Part shown: piece after piece, positions 17,312 to 26,402 of the stretch
How the letters are laid out: each line of letters starts with the position of its first letter
Position numbering within the stretch: position 1 is the stretch's first letter
Assembly: GCA_903917735.1 (NCBI GenBank)
Contig: CAIXBR010000122.1
Location: 1,608 to 65,607 of the forward strand
Reading direction: 5' to 3'
Origin: an uncultured Elusimicrobia bacterium
GTDB lineage: Bacteria; Elusimicrobiota; Elusimicrobia; Elusimicrobiales; UBA9959
DNA: 64,000 nucleotides
The notes under the pieces: generated by a model
The model's input: only the letters and a program-made list of their open reading frames with translations
Database searches by the model: none
What the model was told of the DNA's origin: nothing
Program-made: the position numbers and the translations under genes

Positions 17312-17932
17312 ATGGGAAAAAAGTACGCTTTAATATTGATCGTTCTGCTGGCCGCCTGCCCGGCGGCCGCGCGGGCAGCGGACGGCAAGCCCGTCTATAA
17401 ATGGGTTTCAGCCAACGAGTATTATTTTATACTGCCCGCTCCGCAGGATATTTATTTCCCCGGCAATAAGGACACCGAGGTTGCGCACCCGTGGGGGTTA
17501 GGCGTCAGGGCGGTAGGAAACGGCGAGAGGTTTTCCAGGACGGGCGCCTTGCAGCTGCAAAGCGTGAAAATTAGCGGACGCAATCTGCCTGAGGCTAATT
17601 CGTTCTATATTCTGGACCTGCTGCTGGGCCTGGAATACATGACGCCCAAAGTGCAGGACAAGACTCTGCGCTTTACTGCTTCGGCGGTGGGGGATATCGG
17701 CCTGTCCAATACTGATTTCTTTTTAGCTCCGGTGCTTTCCGCGGGTTTCCTTTACACTACCGACCAGGCCGCAGAAACCCCTACCGGTCTTACATTCAGC
17801 GTTTTTTACCGGCCGACGGATATCGCGCTGAGCGACGTAGGCAGCGGTACGAAGGCTACCCTTAGGCCCGCCCTTGGGGTAAAGCTGGGCTATATCTTCG
17901 AAGGCTTCTGGACGACGAAGGAAAAAAATTAA
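17312..17932 (+). CDS. Hypothetical outer-membrane/secreted protein
   Basis: Track ORF 17306..17932, with an ATG at 17312. Signal peptide (KKYALILIVLLAACPAAARA). Alternating beta-strand-like pattern. No named motif. Confidence 0.55.
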   Translation: MGKKYALILIVLLAACPAAARAADGKPVYKWVSANEYYFILPAPQDIYFPGNKDTEVAHPWGLGVRAVGNGERFSRTGALQLQSVKISGRNLPEANSFYILDLLLGLEYMTPKVQDKTLRFTASAVGDIGLSNTDFFLAPVLSAGFLYTTDQAAETPTGLTFSVFYRPTDIALSDVGSGTKATLRPALGVKLGYIFEGFWTTKEKN

Positions 17933-17980
17933 GAAGGAACCCGGGGGACGGTGCCGGATCAGCCGGAACAAGAGAGAACG

Positions 17981-18679
17981 ATGTCTAAAAAATCATGCGG
18001 GAATCCCTGCTGCGGGAAATCAGCGGGGGCGGACAGCCTGCCCTGCCCCGTTTGCGGGAAGGCGGGGGAAATTGTTCCGGGGGATACGGTCAGGAAACTG
18101 ATAAAGCCCGGACTTCCGGCCGCAGGGGATAAATACTTTATCTGCAGGACTCCGGATTGCGAAGCTGTCTATTTCAGCGGGGCGGACCTGGTATATAAAC
18201 AGGCGGATGTTTCCGTGCCCGTTTATTTCAAGACCGGCGCGATGCCCCTCTACGCCTGCTACTGCGCCGGGGTTACCAAGGCCCAGGTGCTGCACGCCGT
18301 CAAGAAAACCGGAGCTACGCGCTGGTCCGTTATAATCAAGGAGATAAACGGTTCCGTTCCTAAGTGCAATTGCGCCGAAACAAATCCGCTGGGCAAGTGC
18401 TGTTCGGAGAACGCTTACGCTGCGGCTATAGCCGAGTGCGCGGTTAAGCCCGCGCCCGCCAAAACATCCAGCGATCCCCTGCACGGCATCACGCTTGAAA
18501 CCATCATCATACAGCTTGTCAAAAGGTATGGCTGGGGTAAAATGGGGCAGCGCATTCCTATCCGCTGTTTTCAATACGATCCCACCGTGAAGTCCAGCCT
18601 GACTTTTCTTAGGAACACGCCGTGGGCGCGCAAGGAAGTGGAGGATTGGTTCCTCCGCGAGTTTAAAGGGAAACATTAA
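17981..18679 (+). CDS. Cys-rich metal-binding domain fused to a VF530/DUF2132 domain
   Basis: Track ORF 17951..18679, with a likely ATG at 17981. N-terminal Cys clusters (CGNPCCGKS; CPVCGK; CYCAG...[13 protein letters not shown]). C-terminal DUF2132-like block ([59 protein letters not shown]). Confidence 0.6.
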   Translation: MSKKSCGNPCCGKSAGADSLPCPVCGKAGEIVPGDTVRKLIKPGLPAAGDKYFICRTPDCEAVYFSGADLVYKQADVSVPVYFKTGAMPLYACYCAGVTKAQVLHAVKKTGATRWSVIIKEINGSVPKCNCAETNPLGKCCSENAYAAAIAECAVKPAPAKTSSDPLHGITLETIIIQLVKRYGWGKMGQRIPIRCFQYDPTVKSSLTFLRNTPWARKEVEDWFLREFKGKH

Positions 18680-19453
18680 ATGAAAACCAATATCTACTAT
18701 TACACCGGCACCGGAAATTCGCTTTGGGCCGCAAGGAAGCTTGGGGAAGCCCTTAAAGACGCCCGCCTGGGCAGCATGCGCCGGGTCTCTCCGGAGAACG
18801 ACGACGCCGAAGCCGTGGGTCTGGTGTTCCCGGTACATATCTGGGGACTGCCGCAGAGGGTCAGAGATTTCGTCAGCCGCCTGCCGGCGGGGAAGTCAAA
18901 GTACTATTTCGCGCTGGCCGTAAACGCAGGCCAGGTGGCGGGCACGCTTACTCAGCTGAAAAAGATCATGAAAGCCAGGGGACTGAACCTGTCCGCCGGG
19001 TTCGACCTGGTAATGCCGAGCAACTATATCCCCTGGGGCGGCGCCGCCCCGGCGGCAGAGCAGGAAAAGAAGTTCGCCGAAGCCGCTAAAAAGATAAAGG
19101 ATATAGCCGGGATTATCGGCCGCGGAGAAACGGGACCGGTGGAAAAAGGTCCGCTCTGGCAGAACCTGGTACTGTCCGGTCTGTTATATAGGCTGTCCTA
19201 TTCGAAGATACCCAAGCTGGACAAGAATTTCTGGGTGGACGATAAATGCAACGGCTGCGCCCTCTGTACCTCGGTCTGCCCCAGCGGGAACATTCTTTTG
19301 CACAACAACAGGCCGGTCTGGCAGGGGAAATGCGAACAGTGCCTGGCCTGCATCCAGTGGTGCCCGCTGGAAGCCATACAATACGGCAAAAAGACGCAGG
19401 CCTGCGCCCGCTACCATCATCCGGAAGTAACACTGTCCGACATGCGGGCGTAA
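18680..19453 (+). CDS. EFR1-type flavodoxin-like / 4Fe-4S dicluster ferredoxin fusion
   Basis: N-terminal flavodoxin-like start (IYYYTGTGNSLWAARKL). Two CxxCxxCxxxCP motifs (CNGCALCTSVCP; CEQCLACIQWCP). Confidence 0.75.
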   Translation: MKTNIYYYTGTGNSLWAARKLGEALKDARLGSMRRVSPENDDAEAVGLVFPVHIWGLPQRVRDFVSRLPAGKSKYYFALAVNAGQVAGTLTQLKKIMKARGLNLSAGFDLVMPSNYIPWGGAAPAAEQEKKFAEAAKKIKDIAGIIGRGETGPVEKGPLWQNLVLSGLLYRLSYSKIPKLDKNFWVDDKCNGCALCTSVCPSGNILLHNNRPVWQGKCEQCLACIQWCPLEAIQYGKKTQACARYHHPEVTLSDMRA

Positions 19454-19468
19454 GGAAGGAAGATAAAT

Positions 19469-19756
19469 ATGACATTGGACGAATTCAGGGACGAGGCTTT
19501 AAGGCGGTTCACGAAGGATATAGCGGACCGGTTCTTCCAGTATGTCGAGAGCGACCGGGAGCTCATGCATGAGTATCTCTCCATCCTCGGCGGCGAAAAA
19601 GGGACGGACGAGACCAATGAATACCTGGAACAGGCGCTGAAAAAATATTTCGGGCTGAACGAGCAGGGCGAGAACCATTCGCCCAAGAGCAAGCTGCTAG
19701 TCTCGTACACCGAATACATAATGCCCTGCGAAGAAGGCGCCCCGCCCAACAAGTAG
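19469..19756 (+). CDS. Hypothetical protein (95 aa)
   Basis: An ORF placed between two co-oriented genes. No recognisable motif. Confidence 0.4.
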   Translation: MTLDEFRDEALRRFTKDIADRFFQYVESDRELMHEYLSILGGEKGTDETNEYLEQALKKYFGLNEQGENHSPKSKLLVSYTEYIMPCEEGAPPNK

Positions 19757-19794
19757 GGGCGGCGCGGCAAAAGGCGGGAAAGCGGTCCTATCTT

Positions 19795-21531
19795 ATGAAA
19801 ATACTGTCCACCACCTTCAGGAAACTGAGCAAGCTGCACCTGGGGCTCTACCTGCTTTTTTCGCTGATGGTCGCCTTCGGAAGCACCACTTCCCTGTTCT
19901 TCGAAACATACTCCCTTATCGATTTTAATCTCGTTAAAACGGAATGGCAACATTTTACCGACGCCCAGGCCAGTGGAAGTTCTTACTCGCCTTCTCAAGC
20001 CGTCTGGATTAACATCTTCAGGCCTGCGAACGTTGCAAAAACCACCACCCACGTCTATGTGAACGGGAAATGGTCGAAACAGGAGGCCTACTCCGGCAAC
20101 AAAAGGACAGGAGAGCTGTATTTTCTTTTTCTGCTGTTCTGGCTCTGGCCGCTCTACCGGTATTACTTCTCAAAAAAGCCGCGTGACCTGGGGCGTATAG
20201 AACGGCGCATTATAAACCTTCCGTTGGTGATCTTCATCCTGGGCTGGGTTATAGCCCTGCAGCGATACCTTGTAAATGTTTTCTCGTACTCGGCGCAGTA
20301 CGGGCCCGTGTCCTGGCGCATAAAAGTCGTCTTCGCCGTGTCCAGCCTGCTTTTCGGCGCTTTTGTGAGCTACCTGAACCTGGAGCTCACCGGGCTCTAC
20401 ATCCGCCGGTTCATAGCCGGGCCGTTCTTCGCGGAAAACAATCCCTACGGCATTAAACGCGGTTTCGCCGTCAACCTGACCATGCGCTACGCGCTTATGA
20501 TGTTCTCGCTGGCCATGGTACCGCTGCTGCTGTGCCTGTACGTCCCGGTGTTCTCCAACCTGGACCTGTTCGCAAAACTAGCCGCCGTGCATGGCAAGAA
20601 CCTGGAATGGGCGCTCTCCTATGAAAATGTGCGCGTGTTCCTTCCCGTTTTGGTAATAGCCGTTCTTGTGGGCATCATTCTGCTCTTCCAGGCCGTTTCC
20701 ATACTGCTCTACCGCGTCAACGTGCAGACCCCGGTAAGCGCGCTGGTGAAGCGCATGAAGGCCGTGGCGGCCGGAGATTTCAACTGCAAGACCTCGGTGC
20801 TGTACGCCGACGAGCTCGGGCAGCTTAAGGGCCATTTCAACATGATGCTGGACGGCTTGGTGGAGCGGGACCATATTAAGGACACCTTCGGCCGGTACGT
20901 CTCGCTGGAGATAGCGGAGAAGATAATGAAGAGCGGCAAGGTGAACCTGGCCGGCGAGGAGATACAGGCCACGGTGCTGTTCTCCGACATCCGCGGCTTC
21001 ACCCCGCTGAGCGAGAAGCTGCCTCCCGTGGAGCTGATCCGCTTCCTGAACGAATATTTCACCTTCGTTACGCGGCCTATAACCGAAAACCGCGGCGTGA
21101 TAAATAAATTCATGGGCGACGCGGTTATGGCCATCTTCTCGCCGGTGTTCGGCGTGGAAGACCACCAGGCGGCGGCGCTGAAAGCCGCTTTGGGAATGAG
21201 GGTTGCCCTGAAGGAATTCAACGCGCAGAGCAAGTACCCTGAGGTCTTCTTCGGGGTGGGCGTGCACAGCGGCGCTCTGGTGGCCGGTAACGTGGGCACC
21301 GAGGCGCGGCTTGAGTATACCGTGCTGGGAGACACCGTGAACGTGGCTTCCCGTATAGAGACCCAGACCAAGGCGGCCGCCACGCAGATACTGCTGAGCG
21401 ACGCCACGGTACAGGGACTGGACAAAAGCCGCTTCCCGGGTGTAGACTTCATCAAGTGTGAGCCGGTGCTCATGAAGGGCAAGTCCAACAAGATGGTGCT
21501 TTACAAAGTGGAGTCCGCGGACAGAAGGTGA
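19795..21531 (+). CDS. Membrane-bound class III adenylate/guanylate cyclase with HAMP domain
   Basis: Several TM helices, then a HAMP-like segment (VSALVKRMKAVAAGDF). Cyclase motifs VLFSDIRGFTPLSE, KFMGDAVMAIF, GNVGTEARLEYTVLGDTVNVASRIE. Confidence 0.85.
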   Translation: MKILSTTFRKLSKLHLGLYLLFSLMVAFGSTTSLFFETYSLIDFNLVKTEWQHFTDAQASGSSYSPSQAVWINIFRPANVAKTTTHVYVNGKWSKQEAYSGNKRTGELYFLFLLFWLWPLYRYYFSKKPRDLGRIERRIINLPLVIFILGWVIALQRYLVNVFSYSAQYGPVSWRIKVVFAVSSLLFGAFVSYLNLELTGLYIRRFIAGPFFAENNPYGIKRGFAVNLTMRYALMMFSLAMVPLLLCLYVPVFSNLDLFAKLAAVHGKNLEWALSYENVRVFLPVLVIAVLVGIILLFQAVSILLYRVNVQTPVSALVKRMKAVAAGDFNCKTSVLYADELGQLKGHFNMMLDGLVERDHIKDTFGRYVSLEIAEKIMKSGKVNLAGEEIQATVLFSDIRGFTPLSEKLPPVELIRFLNEYFTFVTRPITENRGVINKFMGDAVMAIFSPVFGVEDHQAAALKAALGMRVALKEFNAQSKYPEVFFGVGVHSGALVAGNVGTEARLEYTVLGDTVNVASRIETQTKAAATQILLSDATVQGLDKSRFPGVDFIKCEPVLMKGKSNKMVLYKVESADRR

Positions 21532-21535
21532 AATT

Positions 21536-22105
21536 ATGACTAATGATGAATTAAAGGTTGCGCTAAGTCCGGCCGCGGTGTTGTTGGCGGGCTATCTTGT
21601 GTTGCCGCTCATAGCGCAGGCGGTTCTGGGCGGGCATGACACGGTTTTAGGCAGCATTACCATCTCCGATATTCTTCAGGCCGGGTTGGGAGTGGTCATA
21701 CTTAAAAAACTTTCCAGGCTTAAAGAGACGCTGGCGGGGGAACTGACCGACCGGTTGGGCAAGAAGGGACAGCCGCGTGAGAAGACGCTGGAGCTGTCTG
21801 GCAAGATCTCCTCTTCGGCCGGATATATAGTCATGGCTGCCTTGCTGCTGCCGCCGCTTGGGGGGATGCTGCGCGGCAACCATCTGATAACGCTTGCCGA
21901 GTTTTTAGCGGTAGGATATACAGCCTATATGGCCTTCATTATCTGGAAACTTTCCGGGCCCTTCCTGGCTTACGTCCCGCCGCCCGAACCGGCGGCTCCG
22001 GATGACGAGCAGCACACGGCTCCCATGGGCCGCTGCGTTAAATGCGGCCAGCGGTTAGACGCCTCCATGAAGGTCTGCGCGTTCTGCCGGCATCCTGTAC
22101 CGTAA
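21536..22105 (+). CDS. Membrane protein with C-terminal zinc-ribbon
   Basis: Starts 4 nt after the cyclase stop. Several hydrophobic helices. C-terminal CVKCGQ...CAFCRHP motif. Confidence 0.55.
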   Translation: MTNDELKVALSPAAVLLAGYLVLPLIAQAVLGGHDTVLGSITISDILQAGLGVVILKKLSRLKETLAGELTDRLGKKGQPREKTLELSGKISSSAGYIVMAALLLPPLGGMLRGNHLITLAEFLAVGYTAYMAFIIWKLSGPFLAYVPPPEPAAPDDEQHTAPMGRCVKCGQRLDASMKVCAFCRHPVP

Positions 22106-22307
22106 AGGTAAAGCGGGAGAAAGGCTTAAAATATCGCAGGATCTGTAACAATGTATAGGGACTATTCCCCGGAAAAAGGAGCCTGAATATGAAATTCTGC
22201 CTGCCTGCTCAGGAAAGCTAAGGGGCAAAAAACGCTATACTTATATGCCGTTGGAGGAAAGCCCCCGGCTATAAAGGCCAAGAAGCAGCTACGGGGATAC
22301 CAAAAAT

Positions 22308-23651
22308 ATGTCCACTGAATCCGCTAACGCCATTTCCATCGCAGCTGCCGGGGAGCACGTGCCCCCGCCGGTTGACGGCAAGAAGCCCGGGCATTTCGCC
22401 AAAATAACGGGAGTTCCGTATTTCGGCGTAGCGCTGATCGTGGGCTGCGGCATTTTCGCCAGCACTTTTTCCCAGACCGGCGTCATCGGCCTTTACCCGC
22501 TGCGGTTCCTGCTCAAGGATAAGCTGGGCGAAGGCCCGCTGCGGGTGGCCCTTTTCATGCAGTTGGCGGCAATGCCGTGGAACCTCAAGATCTTTTCCGG
22601 CATAATCTCCGACTCTATCCCGATATTCGGCACCCGGCGGCGGCATTACCTCATCTTCAGCAGTTTACTGGCCGGCCTGCTCTGGCTGGTGGTGGGCATA
22701 GTGCCGCCCAGGTTCATGCCTATGGTCCTGATGGCCATCACCATGAACGTAGCGCTGGTATTCGTCAGCACTATCAGCGGCGCCATCCTGGTGGAAGGCG
22801 GGCAGACCTTCGGCGTTACCGGGAAGTTAAGCTCGGTACGCGTGCTGGCCATGAACATAGCCGGCCTGGGCGTGCCGCTGGGCGCGCTGCTCGCCACCCG
22901 CATGCTGGGCATTTCGGCCATGGCCGCCGCCATTCCTCTGTTCCTGCTCTTCCTTATCGCGGTCTTCCTGTACAAAGAAAAGCCCACCGCCAAGCGAAAT
23001 CCGAAGATCTGGAAGGATGTGAAGTCGCAGCTTAAAATAGCGGTGGGGGCGAAAACCCTCTGGTTCGCGGCCGGGCTGCTTTTTTTGGTGACTTTTGCCC
23101 CGGGCTTTTCTACGCCGCTGATGTTCTATCAGACCGACACGCTGCATTTCAGCGAGCATTTTATCGGTCTCCTTACGCTGATAGACGCCATAGCCGGGGC
23201 CGCGGGGGCTTTCTTCTACGTCTACTTCTGCCGGCGTATGTCCCTGCGCCAGCTCCTCTACGGCAGCATCTCCCTTACGGCCGCGCTGTCGCTTTTATAC
23301 CTGGGCTACAACGATAAGAATTCGGCCATGCTGATAGAGGCCGTTTATTGTTTCGTCCTGAGCCTGGCGCAGCTGCCTCTTTACGACCTGGCCGCCAGGG
23401 CCACGCCAAAGGGCAGCGAGGCCGTGGGTTACTCCGTAATCATGAGCATGTGGAACTGGGGTCTTTTCTTTTCCGACCTGCTCGGGTCGGCGCTGTTTGA
23501 AAAGTATCACATGTCTTTCAAGAGCCTGGTGTGGCTGAACGCCGCCACCACGGCTCTGGTGCTGCTGGCTATCCCGTTCCTGCCATCTTTGCTGGTAGAC
23601 CACAAAGAAGTTGAAATAGCGTCCAGTAACGCTCCCATAACGCCGGCGTAA
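22308..23651 (+). CDS. MFS transporter, folate-biopterin transporter (BT1)-like
   Basis: About 12 TM helices. N-terminal region resembles BT1 family members (LYPLRFLLKDKLG...LAAMPWNLKIFSGIISDSIPIFGTRRRHYL). Confidence 0.65.
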   Translation: MSTESANAISIAAAGEHVPPPVDGKKPGHFAKITGVPYFGVALIVGCGIFASTFSQTGVIGLYPLRFLLKDKLGEGPLRVALFMQLAAMPWNLKIFSGIISDSIPIFGTRRRHYLIFSSLLAGLLWLVVGIVPPRFMPMVLMAITMNVALVFVSTISGAILVEGGQTFGVTGKLSSVRVLAMNIAGLGVPLGALLATRMLGISAMAAAIPLFLLFLIAVFLYKEKPTAKRNPKIWKDVKSQLKIAVGAKTLWFAAGLLFLVTFAPGFSTPLMFYQTDTLHFSEHFIGLLTLIDAIAGAAGAFFYVYFCRRMSLRQLLYGSISLTAALSLLYLGYNDKNSAMLIEAVYCFVLSLAQLPLYDLAARATPKGSEAVGYSVIMSMWNWGLFFSDLLGSALFEKYHMSFKSLVWLNAATTALVLLAIPFLPSLLVDHKEVEIASSNAPITPA

Positions 23652-23669
23652 AAAGCCGCGGCGGCAAAT

Positions 23670-23712
23670 AAAACTACCCTGGGCCCGGTTGGGCGCAGGG
23701 TAGTTTTGTTTG
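23670..23712. terminator. Bidirectional terminator between convergent genes
   Basis: 12-bp stem AAAACTACCCTG / CAGGGTAGTTTT, with A/T runs on both sides. Confidence 0.7.
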
Positions 23713-23728
23713 TCGGGGAGACGGCGGT

Positions 23729-25030
23729 TTATTTCTGCATCAGCTTTATGAAGCCGGGCCACTTGGTGTCGGCGAAGAGCATGGCACTGTAGTCCTTGGA
23801 GAAGCCGGTGGTGGGGGCGTAGATGGCTATGCCGTGCGCTTTCACGTAATCTTTGCTGACCTTGTTGTCCACCACCAGCGTGCCGCTGATGTAGGTCATC
23901 AGGTTCCTGGCGGCGGTCTTTACAGTGGCGTCCTTGCTTGAGGCGGCTACCAGGGAGACGAGGTCGTACAGGTCCTTGTTCTCCTTGAAGGAGCCCTGCG
24001 CCATGAAGTTCTGTGAGCTCTCGCGGGCTGCGGCGGCCACCTTGCCCTCGTTGGCGGTCTCTACCGCCGCCACGAAGGAGTTCAGTTTATCGGCGAAGCC
24101 GTCCATGGCCGAGCTCTTTATAGTGGAGAGGGTGGCGCCGGTGGTGTACTGTGGGGTGTAGGTGTCCACTACGGAGTTGGCCACTTCCTGCGCGGTCAGG
24201 CCCGAGGCGTTCACCTTCTTGAGGAAGGCCGTGTAATCCCAGCCGGTGCCGGGCTCGGTCTTCTCGGAACCCACTACGAAGTCGGTCTGGCCGCGCAGTT
24301 CATAGGCCACTTCGGCCATCTGCATCAGGCAGGCGTCGGAGCCGTACACGTCTATGTGGCCCAGGGCCTTCATGATCTTGCCCATCTGGGGGGTGCTCAT
24401 CACGTGCTTGGTCTCTTCGTCATAGGAGATGGCCTTGGCATTGGTGAAGCCGGGGGTGGTGGCCACCCAGCCGCCGCCGTGGTTCCACAGCACGTACATA
24501 TAGTGCTCGGCCGGATAGCTGGTCATGGCCCACTTGCCGAAGTCTATAGCGTGATTGTAGTCGCCCATGTCGCAGACCGGGATGGTCTGAAGGACGGGGG
24601 AGGAAATGCCATCGGTGGGTTTGGCGGTCTTAGTTATAAGGAAGCGGCGGCAGCCGGTCCAATTGCCGTCACCGGTGAAGTCTCCACCCTGGCCGTTCAT
24701 GCGGCCCACTTCCACCACCACGTTCACCTTGTCGGTGGAGCCAACGGCTTCCATCTGGTGCAGGTTGGTGTAGACGAACTTCTCAAGGGAATTCTTGCCG
24801 TCCAGGTAGACCATAATGGTCCACTTCTTGGGCGCGGCCTTGTTGGCGGCCGGGACCTGAACCGGAGCGGCTGCTACGGGCATGGGCACGGCTATCTGCC
24901 CATAAGTAGCGCCTTTAGCCATGTCGCTAGCCAGGGAATAGACCTGTGAAAGGTCCAGGTCCTGGCTGGAAGCCGCTGCGGGGAAAGCCGCCGCGAGGGT
25001 GAGAACTGTAAGCATCGTGATCTTGATCAT
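23729..25030 (-). CDS. Clostripain-family (C11) cysteine peptidase, secreted
   Basis: Track ORF 23729..25084. Start moved to the ATG at 25030: AAGGGAG lies 7 nt upstream, giving signal peptide MIKITMLTVLTLAAAFPAAAS. C11 motifs WTIMVYLDGKNSLE, VLWNHGGGW (His), YGSDACLMQMAEV (Cys). Confidence 0.8.
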   Translation of the reverse strand: MIKITMLTVLTLAAAFPAAASSQDLDLSQVYSLASDMAKGATYGQIAVPMPVAAAPVQVPAANKAAPKKWTIMVYLDGKNSLEKFVYTNLHQMEAVGSTDKVNVVVEVGRMNGQGGDFTGDGNWTGCRRFLITKTAKPTDGISSPVLQTIPVCDMGDYNHAIDFGKWAMTSYPAEHYMYVLWNHGGGWVATTPGFTNAKAISYDEETKHVMSTPQMGKIMKALGHIDVYGSDACLMQMAEVAYELRGQTDFVVGSEKTEPGTGWDYTAFLKKVNASGLTAQEVANSVVDTYTPQYTTGATLSTIKSSAMDGFADKLNSFVAAVETANEGKVAAAARESSQNFMAQGSFKENKDLYDLVSLVAASSKDATVKTAARNLMTYISGTLVVDNKVSKDYVKAHGIAIYAPTTGFSKDYSAMLFADTKWPGFIKLMQK

Positions 25031-25340
25031 ATTGTTTCTCCCTTGCTTTCCGGCCTGGCCGTCCTGCCGGTTATCCTTCTGCATATATGGTAGCCTCCGG
25101 GTTGACTTTCGTCATGGGGCGCAAGGGAAGGCTTGCGATAGGTCTAAAGGCCTAGGCCCGGGGGATAGGGCGGGCCGTACTTTCCGGCCGGGCGCGGCGG
25201 TGCCGGTTTTTCAGGGCCGAATGGCACGACGGAGCCGTCTTTTTTTAATTTTCGGGACGGGCGGGATTTGTTAAGATATAGAGGTAGCAGGCACAAAACC
25301 CCTTCACATTAGACTGGCGGGTAAAAGAGGATCATTATAT

Positions 25341-25595
25341 ATGGCTAAAAAACCTTTAAAGATCGCAACGGAAAAATACGCGAACCTTAGCGGCAAATCC
25401 ACGGTTGCGACTTACAAGATATTAAAAGACTCCGTGACCATCGGATTCACCTCGCACGCGAAATATATATATTCCAACCAGAGCGCGGGCAGCGAGAGCG
25501 TCAGCAAAATGAAAGTTCTCGCCCTGGCCGGCCAGGGCCTGGACACTTTCATTAAAACCAATCTGAAAGACAAGTTCGCCAGGAAAGTAAGGTAA
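25341..25595 (+). CDS. Small protein, KTSC-domain-like
   Basis: 84 aa. The pattern (STVATYKILKDSVTIGFTS...KYIYSN...L..AGQGLDTFIKTNLKDKF) resembles the KTSC domain. Weak call. Confidence 0.45.
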   Translation: MAKKPLKIATEKYANLSGKSTVATYKILKDSVTIGFTSHAKYIYSNQSAGSESVSKMKVLALAGQGLDTFIKTNLKDKFARKVR

Positions 25596-25614
25596 GAAGC
25601 GCGGGGGCTGGGCG

Positions 25615-26358
25615 ATGAAGGACACCATCTTCATCTACTCAGATGGCGCCTGCTCGGGGAATCCCGGGCCGGGCGGCTGGGCCGCGGTCATTATCTTCCC
25701 CGAGGGCCGCGTGCGCGAATTCGGCGGCGGCGAGCGGCCCTCAACCAACAATCGCATGGAAATGCTGGGCGCCATAGCGGCGCTCAGCGCAGTACAGGAT
25801 CGGCCCGAGCCGGTCAAGATCTTCACGGATTCAGGTCTGCTGATAAACGGCATAAAGGGCTGGATACACGGCTGGAAGCGCAACGGCTGGATGACGGCCG
25901 CGGGGAAGCCCGTGGTAAACCAGGACCTGTGGGAGCGCCTGGACGCGCTGACGCAGGCCAGGAAAGGGCGCCTGACCTGGGGACATGTAAAAGGCCACGC
26001 CGGCCACGAGATAAACGAGCGCTCCGACGTGATAGCGGTGGCCTTCTCCAAGGGCGCCAGTATACGGCTTTACGAAGGCCCCGCGGTAGGCTGCGGCTAT
26101 TCGCTGCTGGAGCCGGGGGAAGAGCACCTGCATAAGGGCGTGTCCGGCGGAAAAGCCTCCTCCTCCAACTCGAGATCAAAAGCCGGCGGCTACTACCTCA
26201 GTTTTGTCGGGGGCTGCGTGGAGCGCCACATCACCTGGTCCGGCTGCCAGGGCCGCGTGAGCGGAGTTTCCGGGGCTAAATTTAAAAAAGTCACGTCCGC
26301 GCAAGAAGAGCGGGAAGTACTGAAGCAGTGGGGCGCGGCCTGGCAGCCGGACCTGTAG
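25615..26358 (+). CDS. rnhA: Ribonuclease HI with C-terminal RNase H1-type hybrid-binding (Cauli_VI-like) domain
   Basis: RNase H catalytic motifs (IYSDGACSGNPGPGGWAAV; NNRMEMLGAIAAL; IFTDSGLLINGI; GHAGHEINERSD). C-terminal YYLSFVGGCVERHITWSGCQGRVSGVSGAKFKKVTSAQEEREVLKQW resembles the dsRNA/hybrid-binding domain. Confidence 0.8.
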   Translation: MKDTIFIYSDGACSGNPGPGGWAAVIIFPEGRVREFGGGERPSTNNRMEMLGAIAALSAVQDRPEPVKIFTDSGLLINGIKGWIHGWKRNGWMTAAGKPVVNQDLWERLDALTQARKGRLTWGHVKGHAGHEINERSDVIAVAFSKGASIRLYEGPAVGCGYSLLEPGEEHLHKGVSGGKASSSNSRSKAGGYYLSFVGGCVERHITWSGCQGRVSGVSGAKFKKVTSAQEEREVLKQWGAAWQPDL

Positions 26359-26402
26359 CTTTTTATATAATGCCTTTGATGTTTTAGGGAACAGTTGGCA
26401 TC

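Noticed and set aside
19795-22105. Pycsar/CBASS-like defence pair (cyclase plus effector).
   Set aside because: The cyclase has the multi-TM plus HAMP architecture of ordinary signalling cyclases. The adjacent protein has no cNMP-binding, TIR, or other recognisable effector domain beyond its TM helices.
22106-22307. THF or other riboswitch upstream of the folate-biopterin-type transporter.
   Set aside because: I could not recognise THF-I/II consensus features. Only a short uORF and a weak stem are visible; they are reported separately at low interest.
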